Positions 20,720 to 32,335 of a stretch of 38,878 nucleotides of DNA are shown here, piece by piece. Each line of letters starts with the position of its first letter. The first letter of the stretch is position 1. The notes under the pieces are model-generated. The model ran no database searches and had not been told where the DNA came from. It saw only the letters and a list, made by a program, of their open reading frames with translations. The stretch comes from Octopus bimaculoides (lineage: Eukaryota). Position numbers and translations under genes: made by a program. The DNA lies in assembly GCF_001194135.2 (NCBI RefSeq), contig NC_068981.1, positions 156,360,528 through 156,399,405 on the forward strand. Direction: 5' to 3'.

Positions 20720-23400
20720 TTTTTTAATGAAATGCCAATTTATCGTACCAGGATCACGATAAAATGCATCCCAGTATGCTATGCATTTATGCAACCACAA
20801 TCACAAACATACGTTTGATACTTTTGTATGTGTCTATATTCTTTGGCTGCTGGAGATAGTTTGGAGCGAAAGATGTTGCATGTCACTCTGGGAGTGTGCT
20901 AAAAGATCATATTCATCAGTATATAGAAATTCGTGTATGAGAACAGCTTTGCTTTGGTAGCAAGCCAGCTTATATTCACCATCCTACCCGTTATCGATAT
21001 CTGATGTAGACCCCGTGTAAGCGACCTACAAAAGCCATCGATGAAACCATTACCAAGTACAATGCAAACAAAGTTGGCACTGGTATATTCCCTTAATTAA
21101 CACCATTTTCAATAAAAATTGTATCAGAGAGCTTACTATCCACGTTGACCTATGCTTTCATTCCATCATGAAAACATCTAAACATTCTTAGAATATTCCA
21201 TAAGGCATTTCTATTTACAGTGTCAAAAGTGTTAGTTAAATAACAATGAATTGATAAAGGTCCATGTTCAGCTCAATGCGTTTTTCCTGAAGTTACCTAA
21301 CAAAAAAAAAATCGTATCCGTTGTCTCCCACCATTCCTGAAACCACGCTGAAATTTAGGAAAGACCTCCTCATCGATGTTGATGAGAAATCTATTCAGCA
21401 TGATCCTATACAACAACTTGCCTACAACAGAAAGAAGAGATATTCTACGGTAGTTTTCGCAGTCGTCCTTCCTTTGTAGAGAACCACTATTAGCGTATCT
21501 TTCAACTGTTTGGAACACTTTCTTCAATCCAGACCTATTGCTTTAGTTAGACGTCGAAGCAGGCTTTCACTTTCACATTCCATGATCTCAGCACAGAAAC
21601 CCTTTATCCCAAGCGACTTGTTACTATTTGGCGTTTTTGTTTCACAGATTTTCAGCTTCTTCAAGGAAAGGAGTCTCTGCCTGTATTCTTTTGTTGGCAA
21701 AGAGGGAATCAAGTCAACAAACTCATCATAAAGGTCTATGTAAATGTTCGTTAAAGTGTTCTCGCCACCTGACAAGAATATCTCTGGGCAACTCTTTGCC
21801 ATCAAGAGTTCGCAGAAGAGCAACAGGAGAGTAAGATCGCCCATAAAGCCTGATCTGCTTTATTCCTCTACAAAGTATCCAGTATCTCACGAAGCCTTTG
21901 ATATACTTTACACTTTATGTGCTTGCACAAGGTTTAATTCTTCTGCATTTCTGGTTCTCCTCCAAGGACTCTCACAAGCACTACATTCTCTTCTTTAAAT
22001 AATGTTTGAACTTCGTCATTTAATTTCTTTGGGATGATCACACTATTGGCTCATGCACGAACAAGACGATGGTCAGTCTAGCATTCAACTCCCTGCATAA
22101 CGCGGACACTACACATATAATGAGCATCGCGCCTACGAACATCAAACTCAATCATATGCATTGCTTCGAGCCTAGTTGCATCCAGGTTATTTTGTATTTA
22201 CCTTTCTACCGGAATATGGTATTCGCTATGCATAAATTCAGCTCCTGACATATTTACAGCAGTAACAAGCTATTACTATTGTACTTTCAGACTCTGTGCT
22301 TTCGAGTTACATTCCAGGTTTGTAATTTTTGCCAACTCTAGCACTAAAGTCACCGAGTATGACAACTTTATCAGCACACGGAATCTTGCGTAGAAATTTC
22401 TTTAATGAAAAATAAAATGCTAGTTTTTCATCTTATGAGGAACACATGACAGGAGCATGGACACTTACTAGGGTAACGAATCTATTGTTTGACAATGGTT
22501 TCATTGATATCAACCAATCAGTCACTCCACACGGAAACTCTTCCTGCCTAGAAAGTTTTATATTCTTTCCCGCAAATGCTACACCAGTCTCCCCTTCGCA
22601 TCTTTCTGCTCTCCCACTCCAATAAAACATGTAACCAACCTCTTCAGGGAGCCTCATTCTAGACAAAGCCATCATAATTATGTTATGTTGTTGCGGCTCT
22701 TTGGCTATAAATGCTGTACTTCTTCCGGCGAGTGTTGTATAACATACATAATTTAATAAGGTGTGAGTATTCCAGCAAACAATATTCAAAGGCCTGAGCC
22801 TTCATGCAGTGGTAAGATGACGACCGGGTCCAGGCTGCAGTGTTCTGGGACACCCGTTGAGTCAGACCCTTTCACTATCCATTCGCCTCTTTATTAGTCT
22901 GCAAATTATTGCTATTTTTCACTGAGTGTTTTGTCTTTTTTTTGGCTATGGCCAGCTATAGTAAGCAATACATAACAGAATTTTTTTTTTAATCAAGCTA
23001 TGCCTATGCTTAAAACATTTTAAAATGAAGAAAGGTATTGTACAGGACCAATTCCACTCTCTGAACAATGGATGCATTTACCTAAAAAGAAGAGCTAATC
23101 TCCATCATTGGATGCAAACGAAGTCGCAGGTGTTGCATCAGTTTTCCTTCTCTTAGAGAGATGTTTGAACATAGACTAGGGGTCTCTCACTCCCAGCTGT
23201 TAGATGGTCGTTGGCTCTACTGAGTTCATCCAATCCTTCACAGGCCTTGTTTTTCATTCTGTAGGGCGTCCAGCAAAATATCACCCTCCAAACCAAGCAG
23301 GCTCAGTAGGATTGCCGGTTTAATCACTGACGGTCCGACCATGCGATTGGTTGTACTGGGTTAGATGTTACAAGTAGAGCTTAAGAGTGACCTAAGACTA
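20720..23400 (-). mobile_element. Long degenerate RTE LINE (5' UTR, APE, most of RT)
   Basis: CWNTHTLL..YMFYWSG..VTLVSVHAP; VILGDFSARVG; NYRRISLLSVVGK; FDTVNRNALW; FHDGM; 5' UTR has gagaaggaaaact motif. Confidence 0.88.
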
Positions 23401-23435
23401 CACACGTGCGCGCGCACACACACACATATATATAT

Positions 23436-23495
23436 ATGCCCCAACATGGCCGCAGTCTAACGACTGAAACAAGAAGAGTATAGGCGATAAAAGAT
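23436..23495 (+). mobile_element. SINE extreme 3' fragment
   Basis: ccaacatggccgcagtctaacgactgaaacaag matches 7380-7415. Confidence 0.7.
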
Positions 23496-23507
23496 ACATG
23501 TACATGC

Positions 23508-23648
23508 ATTTTTATGTATGTATGTATGTATGTATGTATGCATGCATGCATGCATGTATGTATGCATGCATGCATGTATGTATGTTTGTATGTATGTATG
23601 AATGAATGTATGCATGCATGCATGTATGTATGTATGTATGTATGTATG
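23508..23648. repeat. Compound (TATG)n/(CATG)n microsatellite
   Basis: Direct inspection. Confidence 0.95.
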
Positions 23649-23649
23649 A

Positions 23650-23850
23650 CCGCGTGCATATCGTTGGCGATTTTCTTTCTCCGTCTTCCCTTCTTTGGAC
23701 TTTTTCTCTATTTCTGATGAAGAGCTCCGCTCGAAACGTGAAATCATCTTTCTTTTCTTTTCTTTCCTGAGCATCCAATAACACTGTACTTATTCCACGT
23801 CCTCGCGTTGTTGTTTTTCCGTGTTTTTTCTTGCTTGTTCATGTTTGCAT
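23650..23850 (+). mobile_element. Short Penelope-terminal-like non-coding element between (TATG)n tracts
   Basis: Contains ctgatgaagag..ctcgaaacgt motif; T-rich body; microsatellite on both sides. Confidence 0.6.
23710..23744 (+). ncRNA. Minimal type I hammerhead motif with canonical core
   Basis: AUUU-CUGAUGA-A-GAGC ucc GCUC-GAA-ACGU-G^AAAU; N17=G, so probably inactive. Confidence 0.65.
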
Positions 23851-24149
23851 TGTCTATGTATTTATGTATGTATGTTTGTATGTTTGTATGTTTGTATGTA
23901 TGTATGTGCGCAAACGTTACACCAGTATGCTACAATAATTTAGACCTTGAACTTTGAGCAATTATTTTATTGTCATTTATGAAAAGACAAAAAGCTTAAA
24001 TCAAAATTTTCTCATGCAATATTTAAAAGTCAACTGGATATACTTGTTTTTACTGACCCAAATTAACAATTTATAAAAAAAAAATTATAGTTAAAATGGA
24101 GGAACCAGTAAAATTCTTTTGTTCTACATAGAGATGCAAAACCTGGATT

Positions 24150-24620
24150 ATTTCTCAGTGTTGTATCCTATGGTCACTGGATGTTTCGACACTTGAAAAT
24201 TCTGAGGGTAAGGAATGATTTTAAGAAGCCTCAAACCCCGTTTTCTTGTTTTGAATTTAGCTCTCAGGCACACACTGAAATACAAAACATATTTGTTCCT
24301 ACCGATGTGTTGTTTCACCCTACTCTCTCTGACAATTTTTGCGATATCACCTGCGATGCACTTCCGCAACATAGCGCTATAGAGACAGCCTCATTCTCAG
24401 ACTGCATACACAAATGTGAGCATCTCTTCCAAAATCAATGAGGAGAATATTTATAAACTTCTTCGAATCCAGCAGTTTCTCTATTCTGGTTATAAATTCA
24501 CAGATACACTAATAATTATTATTGCAATTGTTATGTTAATAAGTGTCGAAGAGACAATTTGGAAAAGCAACGGCTTTCAGTTAATGAAATACGCACTTTG
24601 TGAACGGAATCTATAAGTAG
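24150..24620 (-). pseudogene. Possible hAT transposase C-terminal remnant
   Basis: Weak FG..IC...M and LRKC..DIAKIV..QH remnants resembling the hATC end. Confidence 0.3.
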
Positions 24621-25046
24621 AACATTAAAAATAAGTAACACTTTTCTAAGTTAAACATGTAACATGTAACAATTACCATTGCTGTTATCCAGTTCCAGCG
24701 ATGGTACTTTGTCCTTTAGGAACCAACTCTGACCCTGCATAAAAAAAATAATAATAATTATAATAATAATAATGATGATGATGATGATGATGATGATACT
24801 TTCTTTATTGGCCACCAGGGCCGAACACAAAGCATAAAGGGTGATGCACAGACGAGGGACAGTGAGGATAAACCTGTAAACAGCCAAAAAAAAAAACAAT
24901 TAACAAGGAGATTAAACCAACAATGTTCTTCCCCAATAGAAGGGAGTTCCACCGAGAAGTAACTAAAGGAACCTCACACAAAACGGACCCCACTAAGACC
25001 AAAGGCACCTCAGGTAGGCACTCCTCTTCTCCTCATTCCATTTGGC

Positions 25047-28000
25047 CTACAGGTGCACACTTAGAGTAGGCCCATTCACACGAGCCATTCTTGCCACATT
25101 CACCCACATTTCAACAAACTTACTGGGTGGCAGCACCTCCCTCTCCAGCCTCACTTTCCTTTTCAGGTGGAACCTGAAAAAGTCAATGAGGCCTTAGCCG
25201 AAGAGGAATGTACCCGCCTTCAACCCTTTCAATCGCGTCTACCACACAACCTCTTTCGCCATAGCCACCAGACAGAGAAAAATTGCCTGTCCTTCTCGGC
25301 CAAAAGAAGTAGGCAGGGTGACCTCCACGATGGACTCGGACGATAGCCGGATCCGTCCTACACGTGACAATAACTGTTCGACAAAGCTCCACAAGTCAGC
25401 AATGCGTTGACACCGTACGAGAGCACACCCGTGCCTGTAGAGCTTATCGCGAACCCTCAGAGCCCCCCAGTATCACTGCCAGGCTAGATATTTCTGGAAG
25501 TTATCCATAGGACCCAGCCCGAAAGTCCTCCAAAAGAGACCAGCCAGTTGATCTCTCTCAATGCCCAGAACCTCTTCGAGAACGTCGTCACTCTTGCCCT
25601 CCACTCATCCTCTATAGAACTCCAAGAACTCCACCGACCGCATTGCCCGACTGGCCAAGTGCTGTGAGCGCTGGGAGACACTCTAGGTGCCAAGCACCCT
25701 GCCTCGGTCTACGCCTGATCCAGAACTGTCGCCCCGTCAAGGAAACGAGCTGCGGAAAAGCGCGTCAAAGAAACGGCGACCACACCTGTTCACCGTTAAG
25801 GTATTGTTGGAGATGCCGCAGCGTCAGCGCATGTCCGCGCATAATCAGTCCTCCACGCAACAGGTGCTGACAGCAAATGGACCGTCTGCAAAACGGTACC
25901 TGTTCCTTCCACAGGAAGCAGAAGACTAAACGCACCAGCCAGTTCAGTCACGAAGCGGAGCAAGGGACGACAGTCAGGCGATAGTATATGACGGATGCGA
26001 TGTACGCATTCGCCACCTCTACCTGACCTTTCAGGAACAGCTTCCTCTCGGCCCATTTCTGGATGAGACTGGCCACCCTCTCTGTCACCTCACTCCAGTT
26101 CTTGTCCACTTGGAGGTCCGGACCGAACCAGACCCGAACAACTTAACCGGTTCTTCCGTCCAGTGCCCCACAACGCTGTCGATCGGCAAAGACCTCTCTC
26201 TCTCTAGTTACCCAGCTGCAGACCCCCTAACTTCTCCTGATTAATCATTGCTCCGTATTCCATTAGGATAGTGCGAACCATCTCGATTTCCGAGACGTCC
26301 AATGCTATCACAGTGACGTTGTCCGCATATGCCGACACGAACCTTCCACATCCTAGTTCACGCGGGATATCCCTCGAAAAATCCAGCTTCCGCAGTAATG
26401 GCTCGAGTGCCAGTATGTAGAGAAGGGGTGAGAGCGGGCATCCTTGACGGACCGAACGTGCGATGCTAAACGATTCCGACAGGTGACCTTTTACTTGGAC
26501 CACCGAACGTATGTTACTGTACATTGCAGCGATCCAGCCTCTAAAACCGGGACCGAAACCAGCTGCCTTAAGGACAGCCTCCAAGTACTGATGGTTGACC
26601 ATATCGAAAGCTTTAGATTGATCCAAATGGATCAGGGCCCTCACCCATGCCAGGTTCTTAACCAACCGTTTCTATGATGTATCGCATGAAGTGGAGGTTG
26701 TCGTGGATAGATCTGTTGGGGATAGCGCAAATCTGAGCTTCACCCACCAGTCTGTCAACGACAAGCGCCTACCTCTTTGCTAACAACTTGGTCAAAATTT
26801 TGTAATCTATATTTAGCAGAGTTACAGGCCTAAAGTTATCAACAATGTCCCCCTTGTTAGGATCCTTTCTCAGCAGCGCCACCACACCTCGGCTCACAGA
26901 TCTGGAGATTCTCCCATTCTGCTAGCAGTTGCGATAGACACCCCTCAAAAGCTCGCCGAACAAGTCTAGCATATGAATATAAAGATCGAAGGGCAGACCA
27001 TCCAGTCCCGGAGACTTCTCCCTCGTGCAACTAGCCAACGGGCCACGTATATCTTCAGCTGTTATCGGCATTTCACAGAACTCCACATCCCTGGCCGAAA
27101 GCCGCGGTAGGCTATCGAGGTAGGAAGTGAAGGTCACCTCCGCCTCCAGACCACCACGCGCCCCGTACAATTCAGCAAAGCGTCACTGAAATTCCGCACT
27201 AAACTGTTTCGACTCATGTAGCATGCGTCCGTCCTGACCCCTCAAAGACCGAATTTTTGTTTTATTACCACGGTGTTCCTCGGCCACTCGGGCCCATCGA
27301 ACGGCTTTTGTCCCCTCCTATTGTAGAGCACGTGCCCTAGCTCTGACAACGCAACCTTCATGCTTGGTGTTGAAAAATTGGTTCAGAACCAATCTCGCTG
27401 CCAGCAAGTCGGTCGCTATGCCTCTACTGAGTGCCTCTTCTAGTTTCCTAACTAGGTCTCCCTCTACTCTAGTCTTCTCTATCGCTAGTTCTCTGCTAAA
27501 TTTTACAGCTTCTGCTTTAATCTCCCGCTTTGGGACTACCCACCATCGGGTGTTGACGACTGCACCTGTCAACTTTTGATGAACTGACTTGCTAAGTCGG
27601 TCTCTGAAAGCTTGACGCGCTGGGAGGTACGCGTTCAGCTTCCAATATCCGAGCCCCTGCCTATGAAGCCTATTTAGGTCAACCGTACAGATCACAAATT
27701 TGTGGTCTGTATAGTTGACGAGTTTGAATTGTGGACAACCTATGCTGACCTTATCTGCTGACCTTCAAAATATCCTGTTTAGATAAGACCTGGATGATCC
27801 AACGTTGTTTGCCCATGTCCACACTGGGGCATTCGGATAATCCAGTCTGAACCTGTCAGCCAGTTGGAAACGACTGTGCATGTTTGCGAGGCTTGAGCAC
27901 CCACCTGTTCTATCCGCTAACCCCACCCAATCCACACGTACATCCCAGAGATGTCCCTAGAAAGACCTCCAAACGTCTGAAGAAATCGGCCTGCCCCGAT

Positions 28001-28353
28001 CCAGTCCAAGCGTACATAGCGACCCGTCTGAAAGCACTGCCTTTATTATCGTTTACGTCCAGGACCACTGACTTACCTTCCGGGTTCAGGAAGACCAACC
28101 GTATCTCGAGATCCAGACCTTTTCTGAACAACACCGCCACGCCACCCCCATTCCTGGTCAACTAAGAGATGCAAAGATCTCAAAATCGTCAAAAATGGGT
28201 GCTAAAGTGCATGTGTCCGCGATCCTGGTCTCACTGATGGCTATTATATCCAAATTCAGCCACCTGAGGTCATTGAGCAAGCGACCTTGCTTCCAGGATG
28301 TCCCCCCACCCCAGGCCACGTACATTTATGCAACCTACTCTTAGCACCGCCAT
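25047..28353 (-). pseudogene. Tx1 ORF2 (APE endonuclease + RT), frameshifted
   Basis: MAVLRVGCINVRGL, AISETR, GLGYWKLN, SPGLDGLP, NFRPVTLLNIDYKI, DQSKAFD, RQGCPLSPLLY, YADN; ends SVHL*. Confidence 0.92.
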
Positions 28354-28399
28354 ATTGGTCTAAAAGGAAGGAGAGAAAGATTAGGAGTGTTACTTACTC

Positions 28400-30437
28400 C
28401 CCTGATGCCGTTGGAGATCGGGTGGTCCCAACTCCATTCTTAGTTGGACTTTTTGGGGAACCTTTATAGAAGCTTTACATTAGCATTTACTTGAGGGATC
28501 TTTGCATCGTCTGGAAAGGTATCCCTAATCGTTTGGAAAGTGTCCAAATCCATCTTCACCATCATCAAGTCCTTTGGCATGTTGCACGTGCTAGTCCAAG
28601 AAGATTGCCCCGCCCCACCTTTTTCAATGTCTTCCCTTCGTTGTTTTTTCTGTTCTTGTTGCATTTGTGGTGTGAGTTTCCTTTTTAGATTTTTTTTTGT
28701 CTGCAATGGGAGTTTTTGGTGCTTGTGGTGCTTTGGTCAATGATTGTGGTGTTGCAGGGGTTGTTTGAGTGTCTGCGTTTGTTGTGGGCGTATGTGTAAT
28801 TTCCTTGTTATCTTGTTTTGGTGCAGGACAAGATGTTTCGCCTCTGTGACTTCTCTTTGTTTTTTTTTTTATTTACTCTGTTCCTCCTTATCACTTTTCA
28901 ATGTGGTAGAATCAGTGTCTGTTGCAACCTCGTCTTCTCTGTGTGGAAGAGAATTCCTGTTCGTATGTTTATCTTTTTCTGCGTGTTCGTTTGTGAGAGA
29001 GCGGGGTTGCTGAGCTTGGTTGCGAGTTGTTGGTTTTCGTGGTTGACCTCTCCGATGGTTTTCCTGCTAGTGCTGTTATTACGCCTGCCACCGCCGCCAC
29101 CATTGTTGCTATTTTTTGCTGCATTCCCTGTTGTTGGTGGTGATCTTTCTATGGCTGGTGCTGTTTTTTGTTTCCCCAGCCTTGGTGTTGGTGTTGTAGC
29201 AAGTCTTAATAAACCTTTATCAGCAGTGATATGACGTCATAGTCATGTTGATTTGTCTTTGACGAAAGTTAGAATTCAAATATGAGCAGTAATTTCAACC
29301 AATGGGAAACTAATAATCCCATCTATTCGGTCAACATGACTATGACGTCATATCACCGCCGATAAAGGTTTATTAAGACTTGCTACTGTGTTAACGGAGG
29401 TCCACGGACCCTTGTACCTTCACGCTGAGGGCAGCGTGCTTGTAGATGTGTTGCTTCACCACAAGCAAAGCAATGAAGCCTTCTGCCAGCGGTGACCAAA
29501 GGTAATTTCGTCCCGTCCTTGAGGCGGGCATGGTCTGAGATGTTCTTCAAATCTTGTAGTTTTATTTGGATTAGCATTTCCAAATCCATCCCAACCCAGT
29601 CTTCTCTTTGCGTCCGTTGGACTTTTAGTAGGAGGGTATCGCTGCCCTCCGTGATCACGCATCCCACGAGCCACCATATGTTGATACCTGGTGTTATTCC
29701 GGGGATTCGAACTTTTATTGCTCTTCTGCCCATGTAGGACGGGTACATTATAAGCTGGTCATTTTTATGGAGTCCCACCGAATGCTTCATGGCTAGCTCT
29801 TCTGTTTTAATAAGGACCGAGATAATACCAAAACGTCGAGTCCTTTGGATGAATTTGACATCCTCTCAAATTGATTTCAGTGCCGTCTCCACTGAATGCG
29901 GGAGAGTTGTTCTGCTCTCTGAGACTGCACCGAAACGCACTTATACTTTGCTATCCTCTTCTCAGTTTGTACCTCCACTTCAGCTGGGATTGCAAAGTTT
30001 GCCACCAGACAGAGATAAAATTTTTATCTCTTTTTATGAATTTGTGGGCCAGGGTTAACATCTCTTTTTTGTTGGAGATGTCTATCTCAGTACTTTTGTT
30101 GGCATTTCGCAGCTGCTGCTGCAAAAATACTTGTTCTCCTCTCACAGTTGATGGTGGTGGTGGAATCGTTCACGTTGTTACTGCTATTGTTACTTCCAAA
30201 TACACCCGCCTCTCTGTTGCTGGTATTGATGTTGGTATTGGTTGTATTCTGGATGTTTTTGTTGTCGTTATTTGTTCTGTTGTTGTTTTCTGATAAGCTT
30301 CTCTGCTCCGAGTTGTTGGAATTATTTTCTGTGTTGATATTAGTTATCGTTGTATTTTCCACATTATTTCTGTTCGGGGAGTTGTCTGTTACATTTTTGT
30401 TGTCTATTCGACTATCGAGAGATTGTATGTTTCCCAT
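28400..30437 (-). pseudogene. Tx1 ORF1 (gag-like), disrupted by frameshifts and a MITE
   Basis: MGNIQS start, Asn/Thr-rich N-terminus, CFACGEATHLQARC zinc knuckle, low-complexity C-terminal half; 3' end approximate. Confidence 0.75.
29196..29386. mobile_element. 191-bp MITE with 56-bp TIRs
   Basis: 29196-29251 vs 29331-29386 reverse-complementary with 2 mismatches; flanks GGTGTT/TGTGTT. Confidence 0.9.
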
Positions 30438-31284
30438 TGTGTCGCTTATGGTAAGCAGAAAATGACAAGATAAGGGAATTGAGACAGAAGATGCGATAGG
30501 ATAATTAAGCTTAGACAAGTCATAGATAAAATAAGAGCGACAGTTATTTACACGGGTGCACCACAAGTAGGGTATTCAGATAAACAGAACGATTGCAATT
30601 ATCTTTAATGAAAACAAAGTGTTGCTCATTTTCGGAGTGAAGGGCAAACTGCATAACATTTGTGTACAAACTTCAATTCTTCGTGGAAGTAGTGCATGAG
30701 CCTTAAATGCAGAGAACTTACAAAGGCCAAAAAGAAATAAAGCAAGCACGGTGCGCTAGATGTTTAACGTGTGTGTTTAAACTACAGAGCACAAAAAGCT
30801 GAGAGAAAATCTGAACATAAAAGGAATCAGATGTAGTCTGAAAGAGAAAAGGATGTGGTAGCATTGGTATGTGGTATGTACGGAAGATGAAAGTAATACA
30901 CAGTACTCAATGTGGATCGAATTTGCAGGAGAAAAAAAAACTGGCCTTTCTCTTTTGGCCTTAATTCTTTCGGAGATTCTTGATCTGGGAAACTAAAAAC
31001 TAGTGCAGCTAGTTCTTTCAAATTTTCGTGGAAGAATTTCAGTTGGAGTATAATAATTGACAATAAAATAATTGCTATAATTTCAATGTGAAATTATTAT
31101 ACAATAGACGACAAAACAAAAGTGTTATATATATGAACGATATGCAAATGAGTATGCATGTATGTATTCGAGTTGCATACAAGCAGAGTGAACTGAGTGC
31201 ATTTTATCACCCTGGGATTTCTACGTCCTTGACAAGACTAAAGACTTCATTCTCTTACACTACCTCTGAGCGTTCACCAATATG

Positions 31285-31380
31285 GTGTGTGTGTGTGTGT
31301 GTGTGTGAGTGTGTGTGTGTGTGTGTCTTTGTCTATGTGCGTGCGTGTATGTCTACACACGCGCGCGCATACACATACAC
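31285..31380. repeat. (GT)n-rich microsatellite
   Basis: Direct inspection. Confidence 0.9.
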
Positions 31381-31522
31381 ATGTTTCTTTCTGTGTTCCT
31401 TTCTGTGGAAGAGCGTAGGCTCGAAACGTTAAAGACTTTTTCACTTCCCGAGCGTTAAACTAATAAATCTGTTTCCTGTCTATGCCACTTGTCTTCGTCT
31501 TTTGTTTTTTTATGAATTCTTC
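31381..31522 (+). mobile_element. Short Penelope-terminal-like non-coding element
   Basis: gaagagcgtaggctcgaaacgtt motif and T-rich tail, same architecture as 23650-23850. Confidence 0.55.
31399..31434 (+). ncRNA. Minimal hammerhead motif with core substitution
   Basis: CUUU-CUGUGGA-A-GAGC guag GCUC-GAA-ACGU-U^AAAG; A6 replaced by U. Confidence 0.5.
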
Positions 31523-31527
31523 CTATA

Positions 31528-32090
31528 CACAGGGTGTCCCAGAAAGATTTATCCATTGATATTTCTTAATTATTCAAAATAAACTTAAGGAAGGATAATG
31601 AAATTTCGCACACACATTCTAATGTAAATTGTCGATCCATTGCAGTATTTACATTTCAAAATGATCGTCTTTCGCCTTAACCTACAAAAAAGTGATCCCA
31701 GAAGAGTCTATGTGCACACAAGTCCGTGTAGAATTGTGGAAGAATGCAGGATCTGATCTTCGGGACGGGAGACGAAAGAGTTTAGCTTTTGAAAATGTAG
31801 CTGCTTGTAGGTTTTCGTAGTTTTGTGCAAAACAGGTACTTGTTGGTGCAGATTCCAAATGTATGTCCCGGAGAGACTTGCAAAGATGCAATCTGGTTGT
31901 TCTGCAGCATGAGTCGCAGTTGTCTGCCGTTGGTAAGACGCGTGTTGTTGCCACTTAGACTACGGAATTTCGATATGGGACTGCATTTTTTGTTTCCCTC
32001 ACTGGTTCATAGATCGTATCTTGGTAAAACTGTGTACATGTTGAAGAAGAATTCATATAAGTTCCCCACCCCAAATAGAATTTAAGTTTA
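31528..32090 (-). mobile_element. Tc1/mariner remnant (3' end of transposase plus TIR)
   Basis: TA|CACAGGGTGTCCC TIR; minus strand ends VKAKDDHFEM* (cf. GGHFE). Confidence 0.6.
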
Positions 32091-32242
32091 AAGACTTCGG
32101 ATTCTCCGGAAATGTAACAAAGATATTTTTCTGATATATGTAATTCAAACTTTGGTCTGGTGTAATTCGATCTTCGTCTCTAATTGTAGAAAGTTGCATG
32201 TTTGTACGAGGAGAAGGTAGCTATTCCTTAGTCGAGGGCATG

Positions 32243-32330
32243 AATTTTAACAATCAAATGTTAGATCCAGATTTAGCAATCAAACGTTAGATCCAATTTT
32301 AACAATCAAATGTTAGATTCAATTTTAACA
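32243..32330. repeat. 26-bp minisatellite, 3.4 copies
   Basis: aattttaacaatcaaatgttagatcc units at 32243, 32269, 32295, 32321. Confidence 0.9.
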
Positions 32331-32335
32331 GTTTA

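Larger units (their letters stand above)
24743..30648 (-). mobile_element. Near-full-length Tx1/L1-clade LINE
   Basis: 5' UTR, ORF1 with CCHC knuckle, APE-RT ORF2, 3' UTR with AATAAA (24804-24809) and (ATC)n(ATT)n tail; 5' boundary tentative. Confidence 0.9.

Noticed and set aside
23381-23784. His/Thr/Tyr/Ile-rich ORFs
   Set aside because: Translations of (TATG)n/(CATG)n repeats
30860-31060. Protein-like minus ORF (FPDQESPKELRPKEKG)
   Set aside because: No recognisable family and no convincing splice sites
32243-32330. CRISPR-like repeats
   Set aside because: Contiguous tandem units without spacers, in eukaryotic DNA
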